Positions 39,947-53,922 of a DNA stretch of 64,000 nt are shown piece after piece. A program made the translations under genes and the position numbers. The stretch covers positions 139,934,001-139,998,000 of the forward strand of contig OX597818.1 of NCBI GenBank assembly GCA_951406725.2. The letters run 5' to 3'. Position 1 is the stretch's first letter, and every line of letters begins with the position of its first letter. Source of the stretch: Octopus vulgaris (Eukaryota). The notes under the pieces are model-generated. The model was not told the origin of the DNA and did not search any database. It saw only the letters and a list, made by a program, of their open reading frames with translations.

Positions 39947-40340
39947 TATATAACATTTGTGTATATAACATTGCATTTATATGGCTAAATCAAGGCTTGA
40001 ACATGTGAAAACTTACAAATAAACATGCCTTAATTACAGCTCTAACACTTGGTTATTTGATATCCGTACTTTTTCCTGTAAACGAAACCACCAAAGATAT
40101 TTGTAGGAGGGAAATTTATCAACATTGAATTATGATGTGAATTGTTCTGCAAGTCGAATTCCATGTCGCTGCGAAACTGAACTCTCTGTGTGTCTGCCTG
40201 TCTGTCTTTTTCTCTTTGCCTTCTCTCTCTTCCTCCCTCTCTCTCTCTCACTCTCTCTCTATTTCTTTCTCATGTACACTCTGTATGTCCCTGTTATATA
40301 TGTGTGTGTGTGTTTGTGTGTGTTTGTATATATATGTATG

Positions 40341-40399
<59 letters not shown>

Positions 40400-40763
40400 C
40401 ATAATACATAGGGTAATAATAAATTATTATTACCAGTGGCCTAACAAAAAAACGAATTAGTCATTAGACTATATATTATTCATATAGAAATACAATAAGA
40501 GGCTTCCAAATAGGAAAGCGTTGTGCCTCTTATTGTATATATATATATAGAGATAGATAGATAGATAGATAGATAGATACACACAGGCATATACTTATGT
40601 ATGTGTGTGTGTATACGTATGCATGCATTTATGTATTCATGGATGTATAGATGCATGTGTAAACAGCCGTCTGTTACTGTATCTATGTATATATATATAT
40701 ATATATATATATCAAAGTAATGTCCATTTTATAACTATTTATGACATAAATAAATAATACGTG

Positions 40764-40805
<42 letters not shown>

Positions 40806-40841
40806 CATGCACACCCGTACAAACATACTTATACAGAAGTC

Positions 40842-41690
40842 AGGGTCTAGCAGCCAATGGACACCTCTTCAAGGAAGCATTGATAGTGTGTGGACTCACT
40901 AAAGGAACTGTTTTGGTGCTGCTGGATTGTTGTGACGTCCCACTCAGATGTCCCATCAAGCAGGCAATCTTCCTAGCTATACCGACGACACCAAAAGAAC
41001 ACAAGCAGTCAAGTGTCTTCTCGATGCTAAAATTCTATTGAGAGACATAAATGCCATATTCAAATGCACCGAAGAAATTAATATGCACTGTGTTGCAGGT
41101 AAATTCCAAGCCGTCCACCATTAGACAATAGGTGCTAAGACAACGTAAGAAAGATACTTTGAACTAACAGGAGCAACAATGCTTGTGATTAAAGGCAGTG
41201 CGTGACCTAGGAATTCATATAAGTAACAATGTTTCGTTTCATGTATATATCACCAAAATGATGGTGATGTGTAGACGAACGGTCGGATTGATTTTGAGAA
41301 CTTTTAAAACAAGGGATAAAGAAACAATGCTGGTACAATGGATGACATTTTCCCGCAGCCATCTAGACTTCATTTAACTATGGTCACCCAAATGCATCAG
41401 TTTTATGGCAAAACTCAAGGAGTTTCAGTAGCGCTACACAAAGAAGAATGCATGAGAGAAACACATGAGTAACTGAAACAGACTGAAGGAATTACCGTCC
41501 TACTCCTTGGAGCGAATACAGAAGAGATATGCTGAGATATACATACGGATGGCTGGAGAGGAGCTGGCACCAAATTGTAACATCGAGAGTTATACTAGCA
41601 CGCCACTGCATTTCATCAAAGGTCTCACCTATTCTGGATCAGGTACTGCGATAGCTTGGTCTTCAAAGGCTCACAGCTTTTGATGTCTTA
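40842..41690 (+). mobile_element. CR1/L2-group LINE RT fragment, degenerate
   Basis: GLTKGTVL (GVPQGTVL-like), YTDDTK, AVRDLGIHISNNVSFHVYI, GLILRTFKTRDKETML, LYSLER..RY. Confidence 0.85.
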
Positions 41691-41852
41691 CAAAAAAAAA
41701 AAACAAAAAAAAAAACAAAGTGCGAGAGATGTACATGTACTGGGTGGGATGTAGATATTTCAAAGAAGCATCACACACACGCGCATATATATATGTACAT
41801 GCACACATACACACGTATATATATATATATAGATATATATACATACACACGT

Positions 41853-41886
<34 letters not shown>

Positions 41887-43259
41887 GTGTGTGCGTGCGT
41901 GGTGTGTGTTTGTGTGTCTGTCTCTGTGTGTGTACTATGATGCACATAGAAAACAGTAGTTTCAAATTAGTTTACTTTTATGTTCAAACTTGTTATTCTT
42001 TTAAGGGCTGTAAAATTATTTTACTGTGGTCGCGTAAACCATTTAGTATTCTAGAATTATCTGTACCTGTTTACCATTATTATATTCTGTTACAAGAGAC
42101 ATATTTTCAAAACCTTACTAGGTGTGACCACTACGTATATCCCGAACTCAATTTATTACTCTGTCCTTTGTCCTTTCGTTTTGAAAATAAGAGAGAGTGA
42201 TTTCAAAGACAGAAATGACTACTATTTCTAACAAGACCTGCAACAACAGAGAGACTCCACCATTTTTTTTTTGAGGATATTAATGTTAGCGACGATCCTG
42301 ATCGAGTTAGGTATCTAATCCAAGACAATCCGATCATAACTGTCTCCTCTTGTATGAAATGTACTTTATGCATGAATAACTTATCTAATATAAAATTGCG
42401 CTTTTGGAGGTAACTCGAGGAAATGTAGATCTTATTTGTAGTAAGTTGATTGATAGAATACAGGTACTATCCGTGGAATGCTTGTTAGCTCTATATTATA
42501 ATAGAAGTGTAGAATGGTGCAAGTCATTTGTCATATAATAGTTATATGTTACTGACTTGAAATATATTCCAAATCTACATGCTTTCGAATTTGATCGAAG
42601 AAAGGATCACTCAAATACTAGGATGTATTCAATCGGCTATACTTCTTCACAAATTTATATTCTTATGCCAGTTTTAGAAATCAATATTGAATTTAGGAGC
42701 AATGTGAAGAGTGCTGGGGAAGAAATATGAGCTGTGTATTAAGAAGACACTTTGGTTACCAGGTTTGTGGATTTCGAAATTGTGAATGACAGCAATGAAT
42801 GCTGTCTGTGTAACTTTCCCTGCTGAAATAACATGCTTAATACACCCCCATTCAATATATCAATAACGCGGAAATTTATGACAGGTAGGTGGAGGGGAGG
42901 TCAGTGGCGAGGTGGCCATTGAAACAGCATGGATAATATGTATGTGTGTGTGTATACTTATATATATAGATAGATGTATAGACACACACACACATATATA
43001 TATACAAATTATATATGTTTATTACATATATACATGGGTGTGTGTGTGTGTGCATGTGTATATATAACTACTAGTACTGCTGCTGCTCTACTACTACTAC
43101 TAATAATAATAATACTACTACAACTATTATAAACTACTACTACTATTCTCATCATCACTGTTAATCCACTTCATCACATCATCATCATCATCATCATCAC
43201 CATACTTTATACTAAGTCCATTATATCGAAGCTGTAAAAAATAAGAGCAACAACTAAAA

Positions 43260-44050
43260 GGAGAGGTAGCATGAAAAGGAGAAGAAGATGGGAGAGAAGG
43301 GGAGGCGAAGAAGAAGAAGAAGAAGAAGAAGAAGAAGAAGAAGAAGAAGAAGAAGAAGAAGAAGAAGAAGAAGAAGAAGAAGAAGAAGAAGAAGAAGAAG
43401 AAGAAGAAGAAGAAGAAGAAGAAGAAGAAGAAGAAGAAGAAGAAGAATGTGAGGAGTGAGAGGGCTGCAAGAAAAAATATAAAAGAAGCAGAGAGGAAAT
43501 TAACTGTGTATGTCGAGGTATTAAGTTTATAAAGAGAATCTTAAAGGAAATCTAAGGTAAGGAGAGAAATTCAGTTGCCAGAAGAGAAAGAAAAAGAGAG
43601 AGAAACAGTGTGAGAGAAATGTGAAAGAGTATATGTGAGAAAGGAAAAATGAAAATCTTCTAGGAAGGTAACGAGAGAAAGAAAGGAATTGAATTTAAGA
43701 GGAGAAGGAAGAGGTGACAGGAGAGAAATGAAGGCTGCTAATAATGAGATGAGAGGGGAAATGAAGAGAGTGAGAGAGAGAAAGAGAAATGTAGAAGGAT
43801 TGAACCTTTAGATTCATTTGTTTAAAGCTAATGAGAAAGAAACAGTGATAGGAGGACTAAAGAAAGTGTAAATGAAGGTAGGAAGATAGAGAGGTAAGAC
43901 GTAATAAGGTTGCAGTCAATTTAAAAATAGTGAAACAAAAATAGAAATTAAGAAATAAGAGAAAGAATTAAAGATAAAGTTAGAAAATGGAAAGAGGAAA
44001 AAATCTGAAAAAGTAAAACGAAAGAAAAAACCAACAAAAAAAAACAAACT
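43260..44050. repeat. (GAA)n run and long purine-rich low-complexity tract
   Basis: Directly visible. Confidence 0.85.
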
Positions 44051-44500
44051 AATGGATGCAAAATGTCCACCCCCACCCCTTTAATAAAAATTACCACAAT
44101 AAAAGCAGAAAAACAAACATAAATAAGAAATGCAACAATTACAAAAGCAATATTAATAATAATTTCTGTTTAACAAAAATCAAATCTCAAATGAGAAATT
44201 AAGTGATAACACACGTTCACATTCGAGTGTCTGAATGTATTTTAGAGATGATGGTGGTAGTTGGCCATGATGATGATGATGATGATGAGGAGGAGGAGGA
44301 GGAGGAGGAGAAGGAGGTAGTGGGGGAGGGAGGGGAGGAGAAGGAGTAAGAAGGCCGTAGGAGAATCGTTATTTCAATGAGGGTTTGAGGAACAATGAAG
44401 ACAGTAATAGTAGTAACTTTAGTAGCAGCAGTAATAGTAGTAGCTAGTATTAGCGATAAATAGTAGTGATAATAGTAGTTGTAGTAGTAGCAGCAGCAGC

Positions 44501-44565
<65 letters not shown>

Positions 44566-45221
44566 AAGTAGAAGAAGTAGTAGTAGTAGAAGAAGAAGAA
44601 GAAGAAGAAGAAGAAGAAGAAGAAGAAGAAGAAGAAGAAGAAGAAGAAGAAGAAGAAGAAGAAGAAGAAGAAGAAGAAGAAGAAGAAGAAGAGTAACAAA
44701 CTAATCAGAAAAGAACAAGAAATAGCAAGAAGAAATAAGGAAACGAAAACGAAGGAAACTAGAAAATACAGAGGAGGTAGTGGAAATACTGATGATGATG
44801 ATTTCAATTTTTGGCACAAGGCCAGCAATTTCGGAAAGGGGTGTAAGTCGATTGCATCGACCCCAGTACTCAACTGGAAGAAGAAGAAGAAAAAGAAGAT
44901 AATAGTGAGTTCAATGTCATCAACATGGGTGGGGGTGTTGAGGAAGGAGGTTGAGGGGAGGAAAAACGGAAGTTGAGAGATATTCATCTTCAATTAACAT
45001 AAATCTTTTAATTTCAAATTAAAAGTATACTTTTCTTAGGTTTAAATGAAATGATAGAAAAATGTATGAGGAATTCAGAACCGCTAGTTGCACTGAACAA
45101 AAATTCGTAGAAAAGAGGTTTTGAGGTAAAATGTTACGAAACTTCATGTCAGTAAGTAAGGGAGTAACGCTTCAGCAATAAAAACAACGAATGTATTTCT
45201 AAAATGAATGTTTTGCTTTGT

Positions 45222-45620
45222 AAGGTGGTGAGCTGGCAGAAAAGTTAGTGCTCCGGGCGAAATGCTTAACTGTATTTCGTCTTTCTTAACATTTTGAATT
45301 CAAATTTCGCCGAGGTCGACTTTGACGTCCAGATTTTTCGATTAATTTTTTTTTAACTTAACACTTACAAACTTCCGATACTGGTAGAATATGTCACGTA
45401 GAACGTTTTTGACAACATTTTGAATTTCGTCTGTCTTCACGTTCTGACTTCAAATTCAGCCGAGGTCGATTTTGCCTTTCATCCATTTCGGATCTATTCA
45501 ATTAGACGTACAGACTATTTAACTAATTTCTTTAAACTAAACACTTTCAAACTTCCGATACTGGTAGAATGGGTCGCATAGAATAGGGTTTACTGTTAGC
45601 GTTTTTGACAAAATTTTGTA
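45222..45620 (+). repeat. SINE group B head fragments alternating with a duplicated unknown segment
   Basis: aacact..caaacttccgatactggtagaat occurs at ~45361 and ~45540, each after a group B fragment. Confidence 0.7.
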
Positions 45621-45841
45621 TTTTAGAAGTTATTCCGTCAGAAGTTACAGAGTGACAATGGACAAATTCGTGTTTGATAAGTGCCAATACACGAAACTCT
45701 CAGCTTTTGACTTACTCTCTAATTTCAGCCGATGATATGCATACATATCACATATATGTGTAAAAAATATCTGATCACGTAATCGAACCAAGAGCCTCTA
45801 CCTTTGATTTTTTGCGTGGAATCAAGTACCCTGACCTAATA

Positions 45842-47350
45842 TGCTGCAAATCCCCTATTTCGTTCGGGAAAAATGAGGTAGGGGGTTCCCCCCAATTCTG
45901 GTATCATTGGAAATTTTTCTTTTTCGTTGAATGAATTTCTGTGACCTCCTAATATTGAAAACTTAGGTTACTTAAGGTGAGCCTGGTAACTGATGGTTTT
46001 GGGATCTTGTTTGCAACATTTGGCGAGCCATGGTGCAACCAACAACATGGAAAAATCCCTGCCATTAATTTCTTGTGGATGAGTAATATCAAATAATTCA
46101 GTCACAAATATTGCATCTAAAATTAAAATTTGAATAGACTAATTTACTACCTTAAGTACAGAAAATAGTGACAAATTAGACAAACTTACAAATTAGCTGA
46201 ACAGTTTTGTACAATAAATTTTAAAAATGAGAACTGAAAGAGTGATAAATTAGAAGAACTAGCCTTCTTTGCTGCAATATTTCAAGTACTTTACTTTAGT
46301 AGAAATAATAACTTGTCCTATACTTTTACAGGTGTAATAACTTGTCCTGTACTTTCCAATGTTTATAATCTTAAGAATATTACTTTTTATGCTCGCATTT
46401 TTCTATGCAATGAATTTATGGCGTCAATGTGGTAACGAAGAAATGCTTGTGACGGCATGTTGTTTTTGTAGTATTACGGTGAAGTTTGTAAGTACACTAA
46501 GTACGTCGAAGAAAGGTGCGGACAGGTAGTTTTTACGGATGTTGCAAAATGTTTTTATTGTTTCTGTGTAGTTGGTATAGTTGTAAAATATTGTGGTGTT
46601 ACGTTGTTGTTATGGGAATGGAGGAAGAAATCTAAACCTAACTTTTCTTCATTAAAATTTTACTAGAGAAATGAACTCTTGAAAGAAAATAATAAGGTGC
46701 AAAGGAAAATATGAACTTACAGTACAAACTGCTGCAAAACATTATAAGAATGAACTTCAAAAAGAACTAGCGTAATGGAATTTTCAACTGCACTAAATGA
46801 AGATTTATAGAAAAGGAATATGGTAATGTACTTAAAGAAAATGGAAACGGAATATACAGAATGCTCCCCAAGAAGATGAACGGAAAAGAATGCACTGAAA
46901 GAAGAACAGTAAAGGGATAAGGGAATGCCTCGAAGGAAGACGTACAGAAGAAACAAAGAATATGGGAATGCACTTAGAAAAGAAGAACGGCAAAAGGAAT
47001 ATGGGAATGCATTGTAATGAGATCTTTAGCAATGGAATGTAAGAATGCCAAAGTGTTATAAAAATGTACAACATGAAGAACTACGGCAATAAAATATGGA
47101 AATGCACTACAAGAAGAGTTACAAGTTAAACAGCAACTATTTCAAAAAATTATAATCATAACAAAAAAGTCAGAAAATGGAAATTCAAATTACTATGATG
47201 AACAATGACGATGAAATAGGATTAACTGAGGGAACCTCTACGGGACCATAATTAGAGATGGAATTACTATGCTTCCTATTCAATATATTCACCAAATCTC
47301 CCTCAATTTAAATCCGACTATTTTTAATGGAAATCAAAACATAGGTAACG
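45842..47350 (+). mobile_element. Candidate LTR retrotransposon 5' end: LTR 45842-46018, tRNA-Arg-like PBS 46021-46030, decayed gag-like region
   Basis: TG...CA termini with inverted ends tgctgcaaa/tttgcaaca, then TT-TGGCGAGCCA. Downstream is a decayed coiled-coil repeat and LNPTIFNGNQN. No 3' LTR or pol seen. Confidence 0.45.
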
Positions 47351-47846
47351 TTTTCTTAGACATGTTTCTACTAAATACAGCAGGGTCTGAGTTGGTAATA
47401 TATTTGATCATACATTTCCTGTAACAGTACTGAACTGGATTTCAACCACAAAAAAGGACGGATAATTATGATGCAATCAGCATCACCACCGCCATTAATC
47501 GGGTTCTGTTATCTGAAGAAAGGATAGGATGATAGAACACTTTGATCAAAAACAATATCAATCGCACTTCAATACTCACGTCAGTAGTGGGTACCTGATA
47601 ACGTGATCAGTTAATTAGAGAGGCAATTTTATATGGTGTGTGAAGTAATATTGAAATATCAAGAGACAGAATGACATATATGTCTTCGATACTAGTGTGG
47701 TGATTATAAATTATAAAAACACGTACACACACGCACCTGAATATGCTAGTATATATGATATATGTTTACATTAATACATATAAAACACACACACACACAC
47801 GAGTGTGTGTATATGTATATATATATATATATATATATACATATGT

Positions 47847-47877
<31 letters not shown>

Positions 47878-48075
47878 TATATATATCTGTGTGTGTGTGT
47901 GTGTGTGTGTATATTTAAAGGGCTAAAATACCACTAAGTGGTCACCCGTATGCTAGAAGTAGATCACCAACGATCAAACTACAAAGAAAAGAATATTCTC
48001 TAGAGAAAAAGTCAGCGGACATCAGAACAATATGCGGGCAAGACAGATGAAAATTATATAAAAAACTAGAATTAC

Positions 48076-48151
48076 TCGCTGAACGGCGGTTTCGCCTATT
48101 AACTAATGAATCACCTACGTAATCCCCCGTTCCGTAGGCTCGTCAGTGCGA
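48076..48151 (-). ncRNA. Type I hammerhead ribozyme motif, copy 1
   Basis: Minus strand: tcgca-CTGACGA-GCCTA-(~36 nt)-TAGGC-GAAAC-cgccg-TTC-agcga. Confidence 0.65.
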
Positions 48152-48623
48152 TCGTTCTACAGGTAATATAATTTATAAAACTAACCACCAGTTTTCTGTA
48201 TAAAATCAGACACGTGCTTAGTTTCACCGATTACATTGGGGTTAATTTCAAATGTCTGAGTTCTGGCACGCTAAAAGCCCGGAAACAAAATCTGCAGTAA
48301 ATAATTTATTGCAGTTAATGCTGCCTATTAGAGAACATATATATTTTAACATTTAAATAATGAGGGAGATAAATTGAATATTAATTTAATTAATATCAGT
48401 TTAAAACCAGTAGCCTAGCATACAAAAATCTGAAAAATCAGAGAAAATTCTAATACATGTGTATATTTAAAGGTCTAAAAAACCCTAAGTGGTCAGTCGT
48501 ATGCTAGAAATAGATCGCCTACGATCAAACTACAAAGAAAGGAATGTTCTCTAGAGAAAAATTCAGCGGACACCAGAACAATATGCAGGCAGATGAAAAT
48601 TATATTAAAAAAAATAGAATTAC

Positions 48624-48698
48624 TCGTAGACCGGCGGTTTCGCCTATTAACTAATGAATCACTTACGTAATCCCTCGTCCGTAGGCTCGTCAGTGGTT
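48624..48698 (-). ncRNA. Type I hammerhead ribozyme motif, copy 2 (stem I disrupted)
   Basis: Minus strand: CTGACGA-GCCTA-(~35 nt)-TAGGC-GAAACC-gcc-GGTC-tacga. Confidence 0.6.
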
Positions 48699-49092
48699 TC
48701 ATTGGTATGCATGTATCGGCACTTCCCGCTGATGAAGTCCAGTACACCGAAATCAAGTAATACAGGAATTTTTGTGCCCAGACAGACGATTCTCATCTGC
48801 TATCATATACGAATGTGCGTCGACATGAGAGGACCTTTCAAAGTTAGTAACACATTATTCGATGTTCTAAAAGTTTTCTATTTTATGTTGATTAGTCAGT
48901 ATTTCTCAACGAATCTTTACCAAAATGTCACAGAAATATAACTATTAAAACACAGATTAATGGCCGAAAAGGAACACGAATTATCTGAACCGGAGTTCCC
49001 ATTGAGTAAAACAGTGATGAGCGAAAAAGAGGGGGAGATTAAGCGAGCCAATATGAGATATAAGATCGTTGCTAGTTTCTCACGTCAAACAG

Positions 49093-49356
<264 letters not shown>

Positions 49357-50178
49357 GGTTAGTGGAGATTTGTATATTTGTCCAAAAGAAGATAAAATCT
49401 TTGCTAATTTTCCATCTTACCACAGTGCATCCCAGACAATTATCGTTTTATTCATAGTCTATTAGATCTACACACTTTTTTGATTGCTGATAAGTAGATT
49501 TAGGTTTAAATTTGGTAAAATGCTATGTTTCGCATATAGACTTGGCGCAGAAGTTTGTAGTACATGCTTAATTTTGTTAACTTTTCATCTGGAAAAATGT
49601 ATTAATTCAAAAACGTAGAAAGATGCACGCATACATTGACGCAAAGGCACAAATATACATATGCAGATATCCAGCATCACATATACAAAAACCCACATGC
49701 ATACATATAATCAACAATGGCACTTATACAGTTAGGCACATATTTACACTCACACATACTAAGGAACGTTTGCACACGCAAACTATCCCATATATAGATG
49801 CGTACAAATCATTATAAGCGCGCGCACACAAACACACACATACATACATTCTGATTGATATTTCCATAAATTTTATCGACATGTCATTAATTAAAAATAA
49901 GAATTTTAATTGCAAAATTGACAGAGCGATTGACCAAATCTTTTATGGTAATTAATTAGCATCATTAAATTTCTGGATTCATATCTAACCAAATTCAAAT
50001 TTTCTTTCTTCGTCAAGGGTCAGCCAAATAAATACTAGTAAACTACTAGTTGCTGTGGTGCTCGATGCACTCCCAATAATGTGTCACCTTGTGCATTTCT
50101 CATAAACGGATAATTAAGTGTAATGATCACAATATTAGTATTAAACACTGAGCATCTTCACTGCTTGAGTTATATATA

Positions 50179-50407
50179 CTCTTTTACTCGTTTACTCTTT
50201 TACTTGTTTCAGTAATTTGACTGCGGCCATGCTGGAGCACCGCCTTTAATCGAGCAACTCGACCCCGGGACTTATTCTTTTGTAAGCCCAGTACTTATTC
50301 TATCGGTCTCTTTTGCCGAACCGCTAAGTAACGGAGACATAAAAACACCAGCATCGGTTGTCAAGCAATGCTAGCGGGACAAACACAGACACACAAACAC
50401 ACACACA

Positions 50408-50445
<38 letters not shown>

Positions 50446-50610
50446 TACGACGGGCTTCTTTCAGTTTCCGTCTACCAAATCCACTCACAAGGCATTGGCC
50501 GGCTCGAGGCTATAGCAGAAGACACTAGCCCAAGGTGCCACGCAGTGGGACTGAACGCGGAACCATGTGGTTGGTAAACAAGCTACTTACCACACATCCA
50601 CTTATGCGCC
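50179..50610 (-). mobile_element. SINE group A, full length
   Basis: Near-identical to 39010-39425. Confidence 0.92.
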
Positions 50611-51399
50611 TATATATATTTCTTTCGCTTCTAAAATGTTGTATTGGCTGAACGATTAGATTGTCGGATGAATTCCTTCTCGCCCTCCAAGTTCAAATCT
50701 CACCAAGGACAGCTTTGTCTTTTATTTCTCAGGATCGATTTATAAAGTGCTAGGTGTGTGCTGAAGATTGTTTCTTTATTTCTTTCTTTCGTTTTGTCTT
50801 TCACTCTCTGAAGAAAGTTTCATCTGCTGTCAAACCTGGAGAAGGCATGTATGCGACAGTTTTGAAACGCCTAAGACACACCATATGTATAAAAGAAAGC
50901 TATTATATTTCCATCAGCTGCTGAGAACTCATGCAAAGATAAGATATTTTCTTGTGGTTGTATTAATGGTGATGATGGTTATGATGATGATGAACATGAT
51001 CATGGTCATGTGGAAACGAATGGCCATTACAACCATGTGATTATACGTACGGTATCATTCTGGGATACATTGGGCAAGGCTCTCCTAGTGTAGCTTTGTG
51101 AATATTTTTTAGATGGAAAGTATGTAAATATTGTATATGTGTATATATATAGGCATGTATGTATATAAAAATTTCTATGCGCACGCGTGTGGTAAAATAG
51201 GGTTATTCCATTTAACATGTTTGGGAATAACTACGGAACATCTAAGAGTGGTGTAATTCTATACTAAGAGTCTAAGTTATTGTGAAGATCAAGTAGGTAG
51301 CGATTTCACACTATAATATATTGACTTAGTGAGTAGGTTATTCAGCCTACGATCGAAAGGTCGCGAGTTTGATTCACAGCGGCAAGTTGGGACCATCCT

Positions 51400-53250
51400 T
51401 GTTCTAACTGTAAAGAGTCAGTCCGCTCCTGCATCTTTTTAAACTTTTCCTTTCCTCCGTAGCCTGCATAAATTTCTTCAGTTAATAATTCCTGAAGTCG
51501 CTTTTTGGATGTTGTCTAATTGTTCTGCAGAGAACAGACTACAGAAGGTGATCTTTCATGTTCCTCTTCATCGTTTTCCACTTCTCTAGCATTTTTACGT
51601 CTTCTTCGAGATTCTTCCATCAGGCTCTTGCTGGCTTGCAGTTTTTGTTTTTTGTATGCAGCTTTTATTTTCCTGTACAAACAAATTGTGTGTCCTCATC
51701 GAACTCTTCTAGTTGATTCGAAATTTCCTTGTCGATAGTTTTTCTGTAAATGTATCACACGAGAGATCTTGATGCATTGAATTTTCATTGAGATATGCAG
51801 AGCCTTTTTCTCTCTGATTTTATTGAACACGGTTTTTGCTCGCATCAAATGTTGGTCACTACCTGTCTTCAATGGCGCTACTACTGAGACATCCATGATG
51901 TAGTCAATTTCATTTTTGTGTTAAGCGTTTGGGGCTTTCTACATCCATCTTATTCCAGGTTACTTCCTCCATTGGCTGTTCCAGAGGCAAAATTTTCTTG
52001 TCTCTACCATGGTAACCGAACGTTTTGTTTCTCGTTCCTGATCCAAACTTACCGACATATTTCTTTCTTTCTTTCTTTCTTTCTTTTTCCTTGTTTCAGT
52101 TATTTTGACTGCGGCCATGCTGGAGCACCGCCTTTAATCGAGCAACTCGACCCCGGGACTTATTCTTTTGTAAGTCCAGTACTTATTCTATCGGTCGCTT
52201 TTGCCGAACCGCTAAGTGACGGGGACATAAACACACCAGCATCGGTTGTCAAACAATGCTAGGGGGACAAACACAGACACACAAACATACACACACACAT
52301 ATATATACATATATACGACGGGCTTCTTTCAGTTTCCGTCTACCAAATCCACTCACAAGGCATTGGTCGGCCCGAGGCTATAGTAGAAGACACTTGCCCA
52401 AGATGCCACGCAGTGGGACTGAACCTGGAACCATGTGGTTGGTAAGCAAGCTACTTACCACACAGCCACTCCTGTGCCTTGTACTTTCAGAAACTTTACA
52501 TTGAAATCTTCCATCAGTATGCTGTAAGTGGATTTGTACGCCTGCGCTTTCTTTTACCCTTGATAGAATACGTTCTCTTCGTCGTCTTCGTTCGTATTTG
52601 TCGGAGCATAGGTCTGATTATCAATTCAGTTTGACATTTCTTGAGAGACGAATTTTTAGTCAGTCCGATACGCGAGGAAGGAATTTGGCACGAAATACTT
52701 TTCGAAGCCCATTTTTGCTTATAAAAAATCCTATCCATCTTTTGCTCTCATACTTTCTGCTTTGCTCAGTCTCATGAGACTTGCATCTGTCCATCTCTCA
52801 TTTATCTATTTCCTTCGAAGTGTTTCGCAGAGTCCTTGCACACCACTTTCAATTTTCTCTTTCTCTTTCATTAGATGGGTCATTCTAGTTCTCCCTGTCA
52901 AAAAAGTGCAGTTGTAGTAACATATAGCAAGAGTTGTTATTCAATTTCTTGGCGGCCTATTGTTATTTGAGATCCATAGCAGTCTCTAGTCGCTCTAATT
53001 TCGCTCAGCTGCCATGGAGCGGTCCGATTAACCTGCAGTATACTGAGGGTCATATTCTCGCATTGCTTTAGCTTGTAAACTGAAGCCACCCCACTGGCTA
53101 GAAGAGCAGCCCATTTTCTTACCTCTTCGCTTTAGCTAGCTTCCCACCATTAACGAACGGACTACATGATCGCTTCCGCGAGATAAATCTTTTGGAGCGT
53201 CAGAAGACCGATACTTTTGTAGCTTGATTGCACTTGCTCAACTACCGTTC
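51400..53250 (-). mobile_element. RTE-clade LINE 5' portion (AP-like endonuclease), degenerate, interrupted by a SINE
   Basis: Frameshifted G.GF.I.K.W..., YAPT, GDFN.KV, then the SINE, then GKFGSGTRN, WTW.SPN-like, EIDYIM-like and DVSVV....GSDQHLMRAK. Confidence 0.75.
52061..52478 (-). mobile_element. SINE group A, full length, inserted in the RTE endonuclease
   Basis: Near-identical to the 39010 and 50179 copies. Confidence 0.92.
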
Positions 53251-53323
53251 GTATGAGACTACTATTGCTGTTACTGCTGTCCCACTATGGGGTACTGAAG
53301 TAGTATTTCGCAATAAATCTCAA

Positions 53324-53382
<59 letters not shown>

Positions 53383-53411
53383 ATATATATATCTTCCTTC
53401 ATATGTGTGTG

Positions 53412-53498
<87 letters not shown>

Positions 53499-53499
<1 letters not shown>

Positions 53500-53729
53500 T
53501 GGGCTGCTGCATAGTTATTGCGGCTTTTTTCTCCAAAAATTTTATTCAACAAAAAACAGTAACGATATTTAACAAAAACATCTTTAACTGACGGTTTGAC
53601 CGTGCGCCAAGCAAATGGGAAGCAGTAATTGAAGTAGATGGTGAATAAGCTCCGGAATAATCCTTTAGAGATGTTTTTGTTGAATAAAATTTGTTGAAAA
53701 AATGCCGCAATAATTATGCACCAACCCAA
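53499..53729. mobile_element. Mariner-type MITE (Hsmar1/MADE1-like TIR), TA-flanked
   Basis: TA-ttgggctgctgcatagttattgcggc...gccgcaataattatgcaccaacccaa-TA. The inverted similarity extends about 60 bp. Confidence 0.88.
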
Positions 53730-53875
53730 TATATCATATTATATTATTATTATTATATTATTCTATATTCAAACTAATATTAGGGATAAAAGCTAAGGCA
53801 TCCTCTCTCGCTCTCTATATATCTTTACCGCGTTATACGTCTCTTGCTTGCTATCTTATTGCCTATGCATTTCGC

Positions 53876-53922
<47 letters not shown>

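Larger units (their letters stand above)
47911..48698 (-). mobile_element. Tandem ~550-bp repeat (about 1.4 units) with one hammerhead motif per unit: PLE pseudo-LTR tandem or retrozyme-like element
   Basis: atatttaaagg.ctaaaa..cc.ctaagtggtca.. starts at 47911 and 48463. The shared segment ends at cgtcagtg. Confidence 0.75.

Noticed and set aside
43207-44993. Poly-E/poly-S/poly-F ORFs
   Set aside because: (GAA)n and (TAG)n microsatellites.
46800-47120. Periodic gaatgca repeats resembling a CRISPR array
   Set aside because: Degenerate tandem units without unique spacers or cas genes, in a eukaryotic context.
48730-48758. ctgatga...gaaa on the plus strand
   Set aside because: No convincing stem II or stem I pairing.
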